Below, piece after piece: positions 1 to 9,445 of a DNA stretch of 64,000 nt. This DNA is from a virus: positions 1 to 64,000 of IMG/VR virus record IMGVR_UViG_3300035183_001163; one strand, 5' to 3'. Each line of letters begins with the position of its first letter. The stretch's first letter is position 1. The notes beneath the pieces are model-generated. The model was not told the origin of the DNA, did no database searches, and worked only from the letters and a program-made list of their open reading frames with translations. A program made the position numbers and the translations under genes.

Positions 1-1
1 C

Positions 2-325
2 GGCGCGCTCAAGAAGGCCGAGCGGCGCGCGAAGCTGGAGGGGCTCTCGCTGTACGTGAACTTCGTCGCCTCCGCCGACGTGCTCTCCGACGCGCGCTCC
101 CTGCTCGACGAAGCGCGCGAGCGCGGCACCGTCGTCGGCGGCGAAGCGAACCCGGACGCCGGAGAGGCCGAGGCCGCCGCGCGTTCGGCCGCGTACGGCG
201 CCCGCAAGGCGGAGACGCTCGACGAGGCGCTCCACGCGTTCGTCGGCCAGATGGCGCTCGACGAGGACCTGGACCGGAAGGACGTGGAGAGCCGCGCGCG
301 CGGCTATCTCGGAGGTGGACGATGA
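2..325 (+). CDS. C-terminal part of a gene starting before the window; possibly Mre11/SbcD-like nuclease
   Basis: Frame open from base 2; helical C-terminus; Rad50-like gene 2.4 kb downstream. Function is inferred from context only. Confidence 0.4.
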   Translation, partial: GALKKAERRAKLEGLSLYVNFVASADVLSDARSLLDEARERGTVVGGEANPDAGEAEAAARSAAYGARKAETLDEALHAFVGQMALDEDLDRKDVESRARGYLGGGR

Positions 326-972
326 CGCTGGCTCTCATCACGGTGAACGCTTCGGAGCACGCAGCCCTCATCGCGGAGCGAGACGCGCTCCGCGTCCAGG
401 TCACCGAGCTGCAAGCGGCGATGACGAAGATGGCCGACCGGACGCTGGCGCGGCGCGTGCGCGCGTTCCACCAGAAGTTCGGCCACCCCGTCCGCTGGAC
501 GCCGACGGTCCCGCCGGACGCCGAGGTGCGTTTCCGCCTGGCGCTCATCCTGGAGGAATTCGAGGAGCTGCTCCTCTCGACGCTCGCGGACCCCGAGGAC
601 CACGAGTGGGGAGACTTCGACGGCATCCACGAGGCTGTCGAGGCGGCGACGGCGGAGCTGCGCGAGCTGATTCGGCTGGCGCCGGTCGGCGTCGACCTTC
701 CCGAGGCGTACGACGCTCTCCTGGACCTCGGCTGGGTCGTCGAGGGAACGCACGCCGTCATCGGCACGAACGCTGACCCCGGCTTCGAGGAGGTGGGGCG
801 CGCGAACATGGACAAGGACCCGGTGTACGTCGCGCTCAAGGACGGCTTCCACGGCTCGAATGTCGAGGAGTGGAGCGAGCGCCCCGACCCGACGCAGAAG
901 CCGAGGAAGCCGCCGGGCTGGCGCGGCCCCGACATCGTCGGGGTGCTCCGCGCCCAGGGGTGGCGGCCGTGA
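322..972 (+). CDS. MazG-like / PRA-PH family nucleoside triphosphate pyrophosphohydrolase
   Basis: VRAFHQKFG, RLALILEEFEEL, DALLDL, FEEVGRANMDK, KPPGW motifs. Confidence 0.8.
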   Translation: MTLALITVNASEHAALIAERDALRVQVTELQAAMTKMADRTLARRVRAFHQKFGHPVRWTPTVPPDAEVRFRLALILEEFEELLLSTLADPEDHEWGDFDGIHEAVEAATAELRELIRLAPVGVDLPEAYDALLDLGWVVEGTHAVIGTNADPGFEEVGRANMDKDPVYVALKDGFHGSNVEEWSERPDPTQKPRKPPGWRGPDIVGVLRAQGWRP

Positions 973-1475
973 CGGTCCACCTCATCGCGGCCGTCGCTGA
1001 GGACGGCACTATCGGGCTCGACGGAGGCATCCCGTGGAACATCCGCGCGGACCTGCGGCGCTTCCGCGAGCTGACGATGGGGCACGCGGTCGTCATGGGC
1101 CGCGCGACGTTCGCGTCCCTCCGCAAGCCCCTCGTTGGCCGCACCAACCTCGTCGTGACGCGCGAGCCGCGCTCCCTGGTCGACGCCGGCGTGGCGGCTT
1201 TCTCGACGCCCGACCGCGCGCTCGACTTCGCGCTCCGCGTCGACCACGAGCCGTTCGTCATCGGCGGCGCGGCCATCTACAACGCGCTGCTCGCGCGCGT
1301 GGACGTGATGCACCTCACCGAGGTCGGGCTGTCGTTCCCGGAGCCGGCCGCCGTCCGCTGCTCGTTTCCCACGGGCTCGTCGTGGGAGGAGGTCTTCCGT
1401 TCCGAGCAGATGGAGGAGAACGGCGTGCGCTTCCAGTACGTGACGCGGAAGCGCCGCGGAGAGCCGCCGCGGTGA
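969..1475 (+). CDS. folA: Dihydrofolate reductase
   Basis: LIAAVAEDGTIG, IPW, DLRRFRELT, VVMGRATF, PLVGRTNLVVT, VIGGAAIY; GTG start overlaps previous TGA. Confidence 0.93.
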   Translation: MTVHLIAAVAEDGTIGLDGGIPWNIRADLRRFRELTMGHAVVMGRATFASLRKPLVGRTNLVVTREPRSLVDAGVAAFSTPDRALDFALRVDHEPFVIGGAAIYNALLARVDVMHLTEVGLSFPEPAAVRCSFPTGSSWEEVFRSEQMEENGVRFQYVTRKRRGEPPR

Positions 1476-1504
1476 ACGTGGCCGCGCTTAGGGAAGAGAA
1501 GACC

Positions 1505-2710
1505 ATGAAGGTCATTCTCGTGACGAGCTTCGAGGACTACTTCCTCGAACAGGACACCCTCCCCGCCCTCGCCGCTCGCGGCGTCGAGGTCGTCGTCCGC
1601 TTCGAGGCGCGGAACGTCGAAAACTACGACCTCGCGAAGTACAAGCGCGAGGGCGTGGAGATGATTCTCCATATGCACGAGGTCGGCCCGCACGCCGCGA
1701 GCTGGCGACTGACGGAGCGCGCGAAGGAGGCCGGGCTGCCCGTTCGCGCGCTGAGTCGGAAGAAGGCGAGCTGGACCTTCCTCCCTGCTCCGGCGACGCC
1801 CGACCCGCCCGCGCCGCCGTCCATCCCGGAGTCGGAGCGCGTGCTGAGACCCCGGAGCCGCGGCCACGACGGCGTCACGACCACGACGATGATGCTGGCC
1901 AACGGCGCGGCGTCCGAGGAGGAGAAGGAGCGGCCGTTCCCTGCCGGCGGCGCGATGCTCCACCCCGGTCTCCATCCGAAGGATGACGCGGCCATCCCCG
2001 ACCGCGTGCGCGACTTCATCACCGTCACGCGCTTCGACCGCAAGAGCGCGCGGCTGAGAGACGTCATCCGGCTCGTCATCGCGCACAACGTCACCGACTA
2101 CAAGAGCGTCCTCGAAGCCGTCACGCAGGGGCGCTCGCGCGGCGTCTTCCCATGTCTGCTCCGGCTCAAGCCCGAGCAGCTTCCGAAGCTCACCAAGAGC
2201 ATGCTCGCGCACGAGCTGAACGAGATGCGCGGCAAGGCGCACGCGGTGACGCTCTTCCACGAGGACCGCGCGCAGCTCGCGAGCCTCGGCCTGACCGCGC
2301 CGGAGGCCGGGTACACGGTCGACACCGAGGCGGCGCTGGCTGCGCTCAAGGACGACGACGAGCCCGCGGGGCCGGACAGCTTCGGCGGGAGTGACTTCCC
2401 GCCCATCGAAGAGGAGAAGACGGACATGAGCGCTTGGGAAGGCAGCGAGATGCAACGGCAGGCGGAGATGGAGCGCGAGCGCGCGGCGGCGAAAGCGAAG
2501 CAGGACGGGCTCCCCGCCGCGCTCTCCGCGCCGCTCCCGCGGCGCGCCCCCGACCCCGGCCCGGTCGCCGACGAGCTGACGCGGCTCCGCGCTCGCGTCG
2601 CGGAGCTGGAGAAGTTGGAGAAGGCGCACGCCGCGCTCAAGACGCTCGTGGGCCTCGGCGTCATGACCGCCCAGGAAGCGGCGGAAAAACTGTTCGGAGG
2701 CGCATCGTGA
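1505..2710 (+). CDS. Hypothetical protein
   Basis: Long ORF with GC3-rich codon usage; stop overlaps next start. Confidence 0.7.
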   Translation: MKVILVTSFEDYFLEQDTLPALAARGVEVVVRFEARNVENYDLAKYKREGVEMILHMHEVGPHAASWRLTERAKEAGLPVRALSRKKASWTFLPAPATPDPPAPPSIPESERVLRPRSRGHDGVTTTTMMLANGAASEEEKERPFPAGGAMLHPGLHPKDDAAIPDRVRDFITVTRFDRKSARLRDVIRLVIAHNVTDYKSVLEAVTQGRSRGVFPCLLRLKPEQLPKLTKSMLAHELNEMRGKAHAVTLFHEDRAQLASLGLTAPEAGYTVDTEAALAALKDDDEPAGPDSFGGSDFPPIEEEKTDMSAWEGSEMQRQAEMERERAAAKAKQDGLPAALSAPLPRRAPDPGPVADELTRLRARVAELEKLEKAHAALKTLVGLGVMTAQEAAEKLFGGAS

Positions 2711-4482
2711 ACGTCGCGCAGCTCCGGCTCTCCGGCTTCATGAGCCACGCGGGGAGCGTCATCGACTTCCCCCGCCGCGGCGTCGTCGTCGTGACCGGCC
2801 CGAACGGAGCCGGCAAGAGCAGCATCCCCGAAGGCGTGTCCGTCGCCGGCTGGGGGCGAACGCTCCGCGGCACGAACCCGTGGAAGGGGGACGCGGGGGA
2901 GGCGCTGCTCGTGGACGCCAGCGGCCTCGTCGCCCGCCGCACGCACAAGAAGGGCAAGAAGGACCTCGACTGGTCGCTGCCGAACGCGGACCCGGTCCAG
3001 TACGAGACGACGACGAAGGCGCAGATGGCGCTGGAGGCGGTCATCGGCTCGTGGGACGTCTGGCGGCGCGCCGCCGTGTTCTCGTCGTCCGATGCGAGCC
3101 ACTTCACGCTCGCCACCGACGCGGAGCGCAAGCGGCTCCTGGAGGGCATCCTCGGGCTGGAGCGCTTCGACGTCGCGAGCGACCGCGCTCGCGGGGACAT
3201 GGCCATCGCCAACGTGACGGTGGCGCGGCTGACGCGAGAGGTGGCGGTGCTCGTGGAGCGGCTCGACGGCGCGCGCGCTCGTGTGCTCGACGCGGAGCGC
3301 GTCCTCGCGGAGCACGACGCGGAGGCGAGCGGCGACCCCGCCGCGCTCGCCGCCGACGAGCAGCGCATCCGCGCCGATATCGCGAAGCAGGAGGCGGAGT
3401 CGAAGCGCATCCAGGGGCTCCTCGCCGGCGTCCGCTCCGACCTCGCCGAAGCGGAGCGCGCGATGAGGGCCGCCCAGCGCGACGCTTCCAACGCGGAGCG
3501 AAGCGCGGCGCTGGCGCGTTCCGACGCGAAGCGCGCCGCGGAGTTGCTCACCGCGCTCAAAGACGAAGCGTGCCCGACGTGCGAGCAGCCCGTGGGAGCC
3601 GCCCAGCGCGCGCGGCTCCAGAAGGAGGCTGCGGCGAAGGAAGCGGCCGCCGAGGCTGCGGCGAAGGACGCCGAGGCGGCGAAGGCGCGCGCTGACGAGG
3701 AAGCCGCCGCGGCGTCGAGCACGCTGGAGGAGCTGGGGGAGGAGCGCGACGCCCTCACCGCGTCGTCGGCGAAGGTCGGGGAGCTGCTCGCGAAGCTTCG
3801 CGGGGAGCTGTCGCACACGACGGCGAACCTGGAGCGCGCGAAGAGCGCTGCGGCCCAGCGTGAGCGGCTCCGTGCGGCGCTCGCCGATGCGAAGGCGAAG
3901 CTGGTCGAGGTCGAGACGGCGCACGCGGACGCCGACGAGAAGCTCAAGGCCGCGGACAAGGAACACCGGACGCTGGAGGCCGTCGTCCGCGTGCTCGGGA
4001 CGAAGGGCGTGCGCGCCCACGTGCTCGGCTCCGCGCTCGCCGGCCTGGAGTACGTCGCCAACGCGTGGCTCGCGCGGCTCGGCACCGGCGTCGCCCTCAC
4101 CGTCTCCGCGTACACGGAGAAGAAAACCGGCGGGCAGAGCGACGCCATCTCCCTGAACCTCGTCGGCTCCGGTGGCGCGTACGGCGGAGGCGAAGGCTAC
4201 GCGGCCGCGAGCGGCGGAGAACGCCGGCGCGTCGACGTCGCGCTCCTTCTCGCGCTCGGGGAGGTCGCCGCCGCGGCCCACGGCGCGGAGCCGGGGACGC
4301 TCTTCATGGACGAGGTCTTCGACTCGCTCGACAAGGACGGCATCGAGCGGTGCTGCGCCGCGCTCGCGGAGCTGGGGCAGTCGCGGTGCGTCGTCGTCAT
4401 CACGCACAACGAGGACCTCGTGGCGGGGCTCCGCGCCGACCGTCACCTCATCGTCGAGGCCGGGAGCGTCCGCGCCGCATGA
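2707..4482 (+). CDS. Rad50/SbcC-like SMC-family ATPase (recombination nuclease subunit)
   Basis: Walker A GPNGAGKS, coiled coils, zinc hook CPTC, signature SGGE, Walker B LFMDEVFDSLD, ITH loop. Confidence 0.92.
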   Translation: MNVAQLRLSGFMSHAGSVIDFPRRGVVVVTGPNGAGKSSIPEGVSVAGWGRTLRGTNPWKGDAGEALLVDASGLVARRTHKKGKKDLDWSLPNADPVQYETTTKAQMALEAVIGSWDVWRRAAVFSSSDASHFTLATDAERKRLLEGILGLERFDVASDRARGDMAIANVTVARLTREVAVLVERLDGARARVLDAERVLAEHDAEASGDPAALAADEQRIRADIAKQEAESKRIQGLLAGVRSDLAEAERAMRAAQRDASNAERSAALARSDAKRAAELLTALKDEACPTCEQPVGAAQRARLQKEAAAKEAAAEAAAKDAEAAKARADEEAAAASSTLEELGEERDALTASSAKVGELLAKLRGELSHTTANLERAKSAAAQRERLRAALADAKAKLVEVETAHADADEKLKAADKEHRTLEAVVRVLGTKGVRAHVLGSALAGLEYVANAWLARLGTGVALTVSAYTEKKTGGQSDAISLNLVGSGGAYGGGEGYAAASGGERRRVDVALLLALGEVAAAAHGAEPGTLFMDEVFDSLDKDGIERCCAALAELGQSRCVVVITHNEDLVAGLRADRHLIVEAGSVRAA

Positions 4483-4868
4483 GCGCCGAGGTCGTCGCGC
4501 TCGGGCTTCTGGATGAGCCGCCGGAGACGGTCGGCGAAGTCACCGGCGAGCGCGGAGCGCTGCTCGACGTCCTGCTCCTCCGCTGCCGCTTTCTCGCGGC
4601 CGTGGAGGACCGGCTCGTGGGCTTCCCGCCGGAGATAGTCCAGCACGCGACACGGATGGCCGGAGAGCACGGGGCGCAGGCCGTGCTCGACGCGCTCGAC
4701 TCCGTGGCCGGCATGTATGAGCTTGCGGCTGAGGAGCGCCGCGCCCTCACGCGGGAAGCTCGGATGGCTCGCGCGTACGGCCTCGGGAAGTTCCTCGGCA
4801 TGGATGAGCGCGACCCCAACATGCGCATCTGGAGCGGCGAGCCGGTCCAAAAGGTCTTCGGTCTGTAG
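4479..4868 (+). CDS. Hypothetical protein
   Basis: ATGA overlap with upstream gene; codon usage. Confidence 0.6.
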   Translation: MSAEVVALGLLDEPPETVGEVTGERGALLDVLLLRCRFLAAVEDRLVGFPPEIVQHATRMAGEHGAQAVLDALDSVAGMYELAAEERRALTREARMARAYGLGKFLGMDERDPNMRIWSGEPVQKVFGL

Positions 4869-4913
4869 CAATCCTTGTAAGGCTTCGTACACTCGCGTAG
4901 TGTCCAAGCCACC

Positions 4914-5477
4914 ATGTCTCGCGAGAAGACTGCCGGGCTGGCCGCCGCCTGGCGCACCGTCATCCGCGGCCTCGGCTACGACCCGCAGGACGCCCACCTC
5001 GTCGACTCTCCGTCCCGCGTGGCTCGGTTCATGACCGAGTGGCACACGATGGGCAAGAGCCCACCGAAGCTCACCACGTTCCCGAACAAGCCCAGGTGCG
5101 ACGAGCTGGTGGTGGTCAGCGGCATCCGCTTCCACTCGCTCTGCGCCCACCACGGGCTCCCGTTCGTCGGGACGGCGGCCATCGGCTACGTCCCCGGCGA
5201 CAAGGTCCTCGGGCTGTCGAAGTTCGCCCGGGTCGTCGACCACTACGCCAACCGCTTCCAGGTGCAGGAGAAGCTCACGACGGAGGTGGCCGACTACCTC
5301 TCCGGCGTCCTCCAGCCCGTCGCGCTCGGGGTCGTGCTCCGCGCCGAACACTTCTGCATGTCGATGCGCGGCGTCAAGAAGGGCGGCCACGCGACCACGA
5401 CCAGCGCCATGCGCGGCGACTTCCGCGACGAAGCCGCGGCGCGCGCGGAGCTGCTCGCCCTCATCCGGGAGAAGTGA
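4914..5477 (+). CDS. folE: GTP cyclohydrolase I
   Basis: SLCAHHGLPF, GLSKFARVV, QVQEKLT, HFCMSMRG. Confidence 0.95.
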   Translation: MSREKTAGLAAAWRTVIRGLGYDPQDAHLVDSPSRVARFMTEWHTMGKSPPKLTTFPNKPRCDELVVVSGIRFHSLCAHHGLPFVGTAAIGYVPGDKVLGLSKFARVVDHYANRFQVQEKLTTEVADYLSGVLQPVALGVVLRAEHFCMSMRGVKKGGHATTTSAMRGDFRDEAAARAELLALIREK

Positions 5478-5479
5478 CG

Positions 5480-6298
5480 ATGGCTGCCAAGAAGAAAGCA
5501 CCGGCCCCGACGACCGCGGCCGACCCGAACGACATCGCGAAGTGGGTGCCCGAGAGCGAGCTGGAGTTGTGGGAGGCGAACCCGCGCGACAACGACGCCG
5601 CCGTCCCGAAGGTCGCCGACTCCATCCGCCGCTACGGTTTCGTGGCCCCGGTGGTCGTCTGGACCTCGCGGCGTCAGCTCGTCGCCGGGCACACGCGTCT
5701 CAAGGCGCTCCGCGCCATCCTCGCCGCTGACGCGACGTTCGTGGCGAAGGGCGCGCCGGGGCCGGGCATGGTCCCCGTTCGCTTCCACGAATTCGAGAGC
5801 GAGGCGGAGGCGAGCGCGTACGCCATCGCGGACAACCGCCTCGGCTACGAGGCTGACTGGGATTACGAGAAGCTGGTCCCGCTCCTGGAGAGCATCAAGA
5901 CGGACGACGCCGCGCTCCTCTCCGTCACCGGCTTCCACGACGACGAGCTGAACGCGCTCATGCGCTCCGTCTACAGCGCGGAGTCGGCGAGCATCCCGCC
6001 GACGAACGCGGACGCCGAAGCCGCCGGCGAGGAGACGAAGCCGCACGCGTCGAAGCCCAAGGACGCGAAGGGCGGGACGCTGGAGCTGAGCGCGGGTGAG
6101 TGGGCCGTCCTCCGCAAGGTCGTGCTCGCGCGCACCGGCATGGTCTCCGACGACGCGAAGGCGCTCCGGGACGGTCTCATCGTGCTCCTCAACGAGCTGG
6201 CCGCGGAGGTCGACCTCGACGCCGCCGACGCGTCCTCCGACGCGGCGGAGAAGCGCGCCGCGCACGCCTCGCTGCTCCCCGCCGGCTCGGAGGCGTGA
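5480..6298 (+). CDS. ParB/Srx-like N-terminal domain protein
   Basis: NPRDN, SIRRYGFVAPVVV, LVAGHTRLKA, YAIADNRL, WDYEKL. Confidence 0.85.
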   Translation: MAAKKKAPAPTTAADPNDIAKWVPESELELWEANPRDNDAAVPKVADSIRRYGFVAPVVVWTSRRQLVAGHTRLKALRAILAADATFVAKGAPGPGMVPVRFHEFESEAEASAYAIADNRLGYEADWDYEKLVPLLESIKTDDAALLSVTGFHDDELNALMRSVYSAESASIPPTNADAEAAGEETKPHASKPKDAKGGTLELSAGEWAVLRKVVLARTGMVSDDAKALRDGLIVLLNELAAEVDLDAADASSDAAEKRAAHASLLPAGSEA

Positions 6299-6302
6299 CG
6301 CC

Positions 6303-7055
6303 GTGACCGTCGTACGCATGGCGGTGAACAACGCGATGGAGATGCTCACCCGTACGTTCTGCGGGCCGGAGTCTCCCGCGCTGCTCGTCTCCTACGTCAT
6401 CATCGATGACGTGCTGAAGGAGATGCCCAACCTCGTCTTCCGGGACTGGGTGCTCGACTCCGGCGCGTACAGCGCGTTCACGCTCGGCAAGGAGATTCGC
6501 CTCCAGGATTACATCGACTTCTGCAAGCGGATGCGCGGCATCGACCGGCCGCCCACCGAGGTCTTCGCGCTCGACGTCATCGGGGACTGGAAGGGCTCGC
6601 TCAAGAACACCGAGGAGATGTGGCGGCAGGGCGTCGAGGCGGTGCCCTGCTACCACGAGGGCGAGCCGTGGCACGTCCTCCAGACGATGGCGCGGGAGTA
6701 CCCGAAGATTGCGCTGGGTGGGATGGTCGGTGCCCCCGGCAACCGAAAGCTGAAGTGGGTGAAGGAGTGCTTCGCGCGCGTCTGGCCGAAGCGCATCCAC
6801 GGCTTCGGCGTCTTCAACCAGCAGATTCTCCACGCCGTGCCTTTCGAGAGCGTCGACAGCGCCAACTGGGCGTACCCCATGATTGGGGGCAACTGGATTG
6901 GCATCGGCCACGGGAAGTGGGTCGTCCTCCGCACGCGCAAGACGTACGACCTCCGCGCGGAGGTCCGCTACTACATGAAGCTGGAGCGCAAGCTCAAGTT
7001 CCTCTGGCGTCGCGAGCTGGCCGCCATCGGCTCTCCGGGGGTGAGCGCGGCGTGA
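6303..7055 (+). CDS. dpdA: DpdA/TGT-like 7-deazaguanine DNA transglycosylase, copy 1
   Basis: VLDSGAYS, ALDVIG, PCYH, IALGG, IHGFG, SVDSANW; located inside the preQ0 pathway cluster. Confidence 0.78.
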   Translation: MTVVRMAVNNAMEMLTRTFCGPESPALLVSYVIIDDVLKEMPNLVFRDWVLDSGAYSAFTLGKEIRLQDYIDFCKRMRGIDRPPTEVFALDVIGDWKGSLKNTEEMWRQGVEAVPCYHEGEPWHVLQTMAREYPKIALGGMVGAPGNRKLKWVKECFARVWPKRIHGFGVFNQQILHAVPFESVDSANWAYPMIGGNWIGIGHGKWVVLRTRKTYDLRAEVRYYMKLERKLKFLWRRELAAIGSPGVSAA

Positions 7056-7813
7056 CGACCATCCGCCTCGCGCTCTTCGCCGGCGACTCCGTCGTGAAGG
7101 CGACGTTCGGCAACCCCGAGCTGCGGCCGGGGCTGCTCGTTTCGTACATGGTGCTCCGGCAATTCGAGCGCCTGGAAGCGTCGCTCTCGTACGAGGACTG
7201 GGTGCTCGACTCGGGCGCCTTCTCGGCGCACACGAAGGGTCGCGTCATCGAGCTGGATGAGTTCATCGCGACCGCGAAGCGGCTCCGCGCGCTCCCTGGC
7301 TCGCGGCTCTCCGAGGTCTTCGCGCTCGACGTCATCAACAACTGGCGCGCCTCGCACGCGAACACGAAGCGAATGTGGGCCGCCGGCGTCGACGCCATCC
7401 CCTGCTACCACCAGGGCGAGCCGTGGAACGTGCTCGTGGGGCTCGCTCGCGACTACCCCAAGATTGCCATCGGTGGGATGGTCGGCGTCAACCGTCGCGC
7501 GAAGCTCGCGTGGGTGAAGGCGTGCTTCGACAAGGTCTGGCCCAAGAAGATTCACGGCTTCGGCGTCTCCGACCTCGCCATCCTCCGCGCCGTGCCCTTC
7601 CACACCGTCGACGCGACCAACTGGGGGTACGCTCCGGCGGCGACCGGCGCGTGGCGCGGGCTCCAGCCGCCGACGCACGAAGGGCCGCGCCCCGTCGGCG
7701 CGCGCGCCCTGACCAACTTCCAGGCTGAGGTCCGCTTCTACCTCCGCGCGCAGAAGGAGATGCGCTTCCTCTGGCGCCGTGAACTCGCATCGTTGGAGGC
7801 CGCGCATGTGTAG
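7052..7813 (+). CDS. dpdA: DpdA/TGT-like 7-deazaguanine DNA transglycosylase, copy 2
   Basis: VLDSGAFS, ALDVIN, PCYH, IAIGG, IHGFG, TVDATNW; clear paralog of the upstream gene. Confidence 0.78.
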   Translation: MTTIRLALFAGDSVVKATFGNPELRPGLLVSYMVLRQFERLEASLSYEDWVLDSGAFSAHTKGRVIELDEFIATAKRLRALPGSRLSEVFALDVINNWRASHANTKRMWAAGVDAIPCYHQGEPWNVLVGLARDYPKIAIGGMVGVNRRAKLAWVKACFDKVWPKKIHGFGVSDLAILRAVPFHTVDATNWGYAPAATGAWRGLQPPTHEGPRPVGARALTNFQAEVRFYLRAQKEMRFLWRRELASLEAAHV

Positions 7814-9026
7814 CATCTTCGGGGCGCTGGGATACGTGGACGACGACGTCCTGGAGCGGCTGCGCCAGAAGGCGGGCGACCGGGGCCGCGATGGCGGACG
7901 CGTCGAGCGCTACGTCCTCGCCGGCGGGCTCCACGCCGCCCTCGGCAACTGGCGCGCGACGCCAACGCCGGAGGTCGAGCGCGCCCCGCTCCAGCCCTAT
8001 GACGGCGTCGTCCACAACGGCACCATCGCCAACGACAAGGAGCTGGGCGCGCTGCCCGGCGAGGTCGACTCGATGGTCCTGCCGCGCGTGCTGGACCGCT
8101 CGTCGCTCGCGGCCTTCGCGGTGTCGCTCTCGCGCGTCGTCGGCTCGTACGCGCTCGCGGTGAAGACCGAGGACAGCATCTTCCTCGCCTGCAACTACAA
8201 GCCGCTGTACTACTGGGCGAGCGTCGACGGCACCGCCTACTTCTCCTCGATGGAGCGCCACTTCGATGGGCTGCTCCCGTTCGGCGTCCGGCCCGCGAAG
8301 CTCCCGCCGTACAGCGCGATGGACCTCAAGACGGGCGAGCGCATCGAGCTGCCGCGGAAGGACGCGCGCCGCGCGCTCGTCATCGCGAGCGCCGGCCTCG
8401 ACTCCACCGCCGTCGCCGCGCGCCTCGTCCGCGAGGGCTATGACGTCCGGCTCCTCCACTTCCAGTACGGCTGCCGCGCGCAGACCCGCGAGAGCGAGCG
8501 CATCCCGCGCATCGCGCACGCCCTTGGCGCCTCGCACGTCGTGCTCACGCTCCCGATGCCGTGGACGGCGTCGTCCACGCTGCTCCGCGAGGACGCGACG
8601 CTCGCCGGCGCCACCGAGGGCGCCGAATACGCCCACGAGTGGGTGCCCGCGCGCAATCTCGTCATGCTCGCGTACGCGACCGCTTACGCGGAGGCGTTCG
8701 GCTTCCACGTGCTCGCGCTCGGGAACAACCTGGAGGAGAGCGGCGCCTACCCCGACAACGAGGAGGAGTTCACGCACCTCTTCGACGGCCTGCTCCCCTA
8801 CGCGACGCAGAACGGCTACCGCGTCCGCGTCGTCTCGCCCGTCGGCCACCTCATGAAGCATGAGATTGTGGCGATGGGTCTCGCCGACGGCGCGCCCTTC
8901 GCGGAGACGTGGTCCTGCTACCGCGGCGGCGCGCGTCATTGCGGCGAGTGCGGCCCGTGCTTCATGCGCCGCGAAGCCTTCCGGCGCAACGGCGCCATCG
9001 ACCCCGTCTTCACGGAGGGAGCATGA
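7806..9026 (+). CDS. queC: Gat-QueC fusion (Ntn glutamine amidotransferase plus 7-cyano-7-deazaguanine synthase)
   Basis: N-terminal M-C-S-I-F-G, RGRD, HNGTIAN, DS (class II GATase); C-terminal SAGLDS, VPARN, YPD, SCY..HCGECGPC. Confidence 0.92.
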   Translation: MCSIFGALGYVDDDVLERLRQKAGDRGRDGGRVERYVLAGGLHAALGNWRATPTPEVERAPLQPYDGVVHNGTIANDKELGALPGEVDSMVLPRVLDRSSLAAFAVSLSRVVGSYALAVKTEDSIFLACNYKPLYYWASVDGTAYFSSMERHFDGLLPFGVRPAKLPPYSAMDLKTGERIELPRKDARRALVIASAGLDSTAVAARLVREGYDVRLLHFQYGCRAQTRESERIPRIAHALGASHVVLTLPMPWTASSTLLREDATLAGATEGAEYAHEWVPARNLVMLAYATAYAEAFGFHVLALGNNLEESGAYPDNEEEFTHLFDGLLPYATQNGYRVRVVSPVGHLMKHEIVAMGLADGAPFAETWSCYRGGARHCGECGPCFMRREAFRRNGAIDPVFTEGA

Positions 9027-9445
9027 ACCTCGTCACCTGTACGCGTCGCCTCGAAGCCGATACCGGCCACCGCCTCCTCAAGCACGAGGGGAAGTGCCGC
9101 AACTACCACGGGCACCGCTACGTGTTCGAGGTCACCGTCCAGGCTCCGGAGCTGGACGAGGTCGGCCGCGTGGTCGACTTCTCGTTCATCAAGGACAAGG
9201 TGGGCGCCTGGGTGGACGAGCACCTCGACCACGGCATGGTCCTCCAGGACGGAGACCCGCTCATCGCGCCGCTCGTCGCCCAAGGCTGCAAAGTACATGT
9301 GGTGAGCTTCTCGCCGACGAGCGAGAACCTCGCGCGCTACGTCTACGGCGTGGCGGTGTCGATGCTCCCCGCGCCGCTCCGCGTCACGCGCGTCCGGTGC
9401 TGGGAGACGCCCAACTGTTTCTCTGACTACGAGGTCGACCGATGA
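9023..9445 (+). CDS. queD: 6-carboxy-5,6,7,8-tetrahydropterin synthase
   Basis: GHRL, CRNYHGHRY, VVDF, LDH, PTSENLA, WETP. Confidence 0.93.
   Translation: MNLVTCTRRLEADTGHRLLKHEGKCRNYHGHRYVFEVTVQAPELDEVGRVVDFSFIKDKVGAWVDEHLDHGMVLQDGDPLIAPLVAQGCKVHVVSFSPTSENLARYVYGVAVSMLPAPLRVTRVRCWETPNCFSDYEVDR

Noticed and set aside
7806-9026. QatABCD-type defence system or tRNA queuosine pathway
   Set aside because: No qatA ATPase or TatD, and no queF/queA. The context with dpdA-like genes in a phage fits DNA modification
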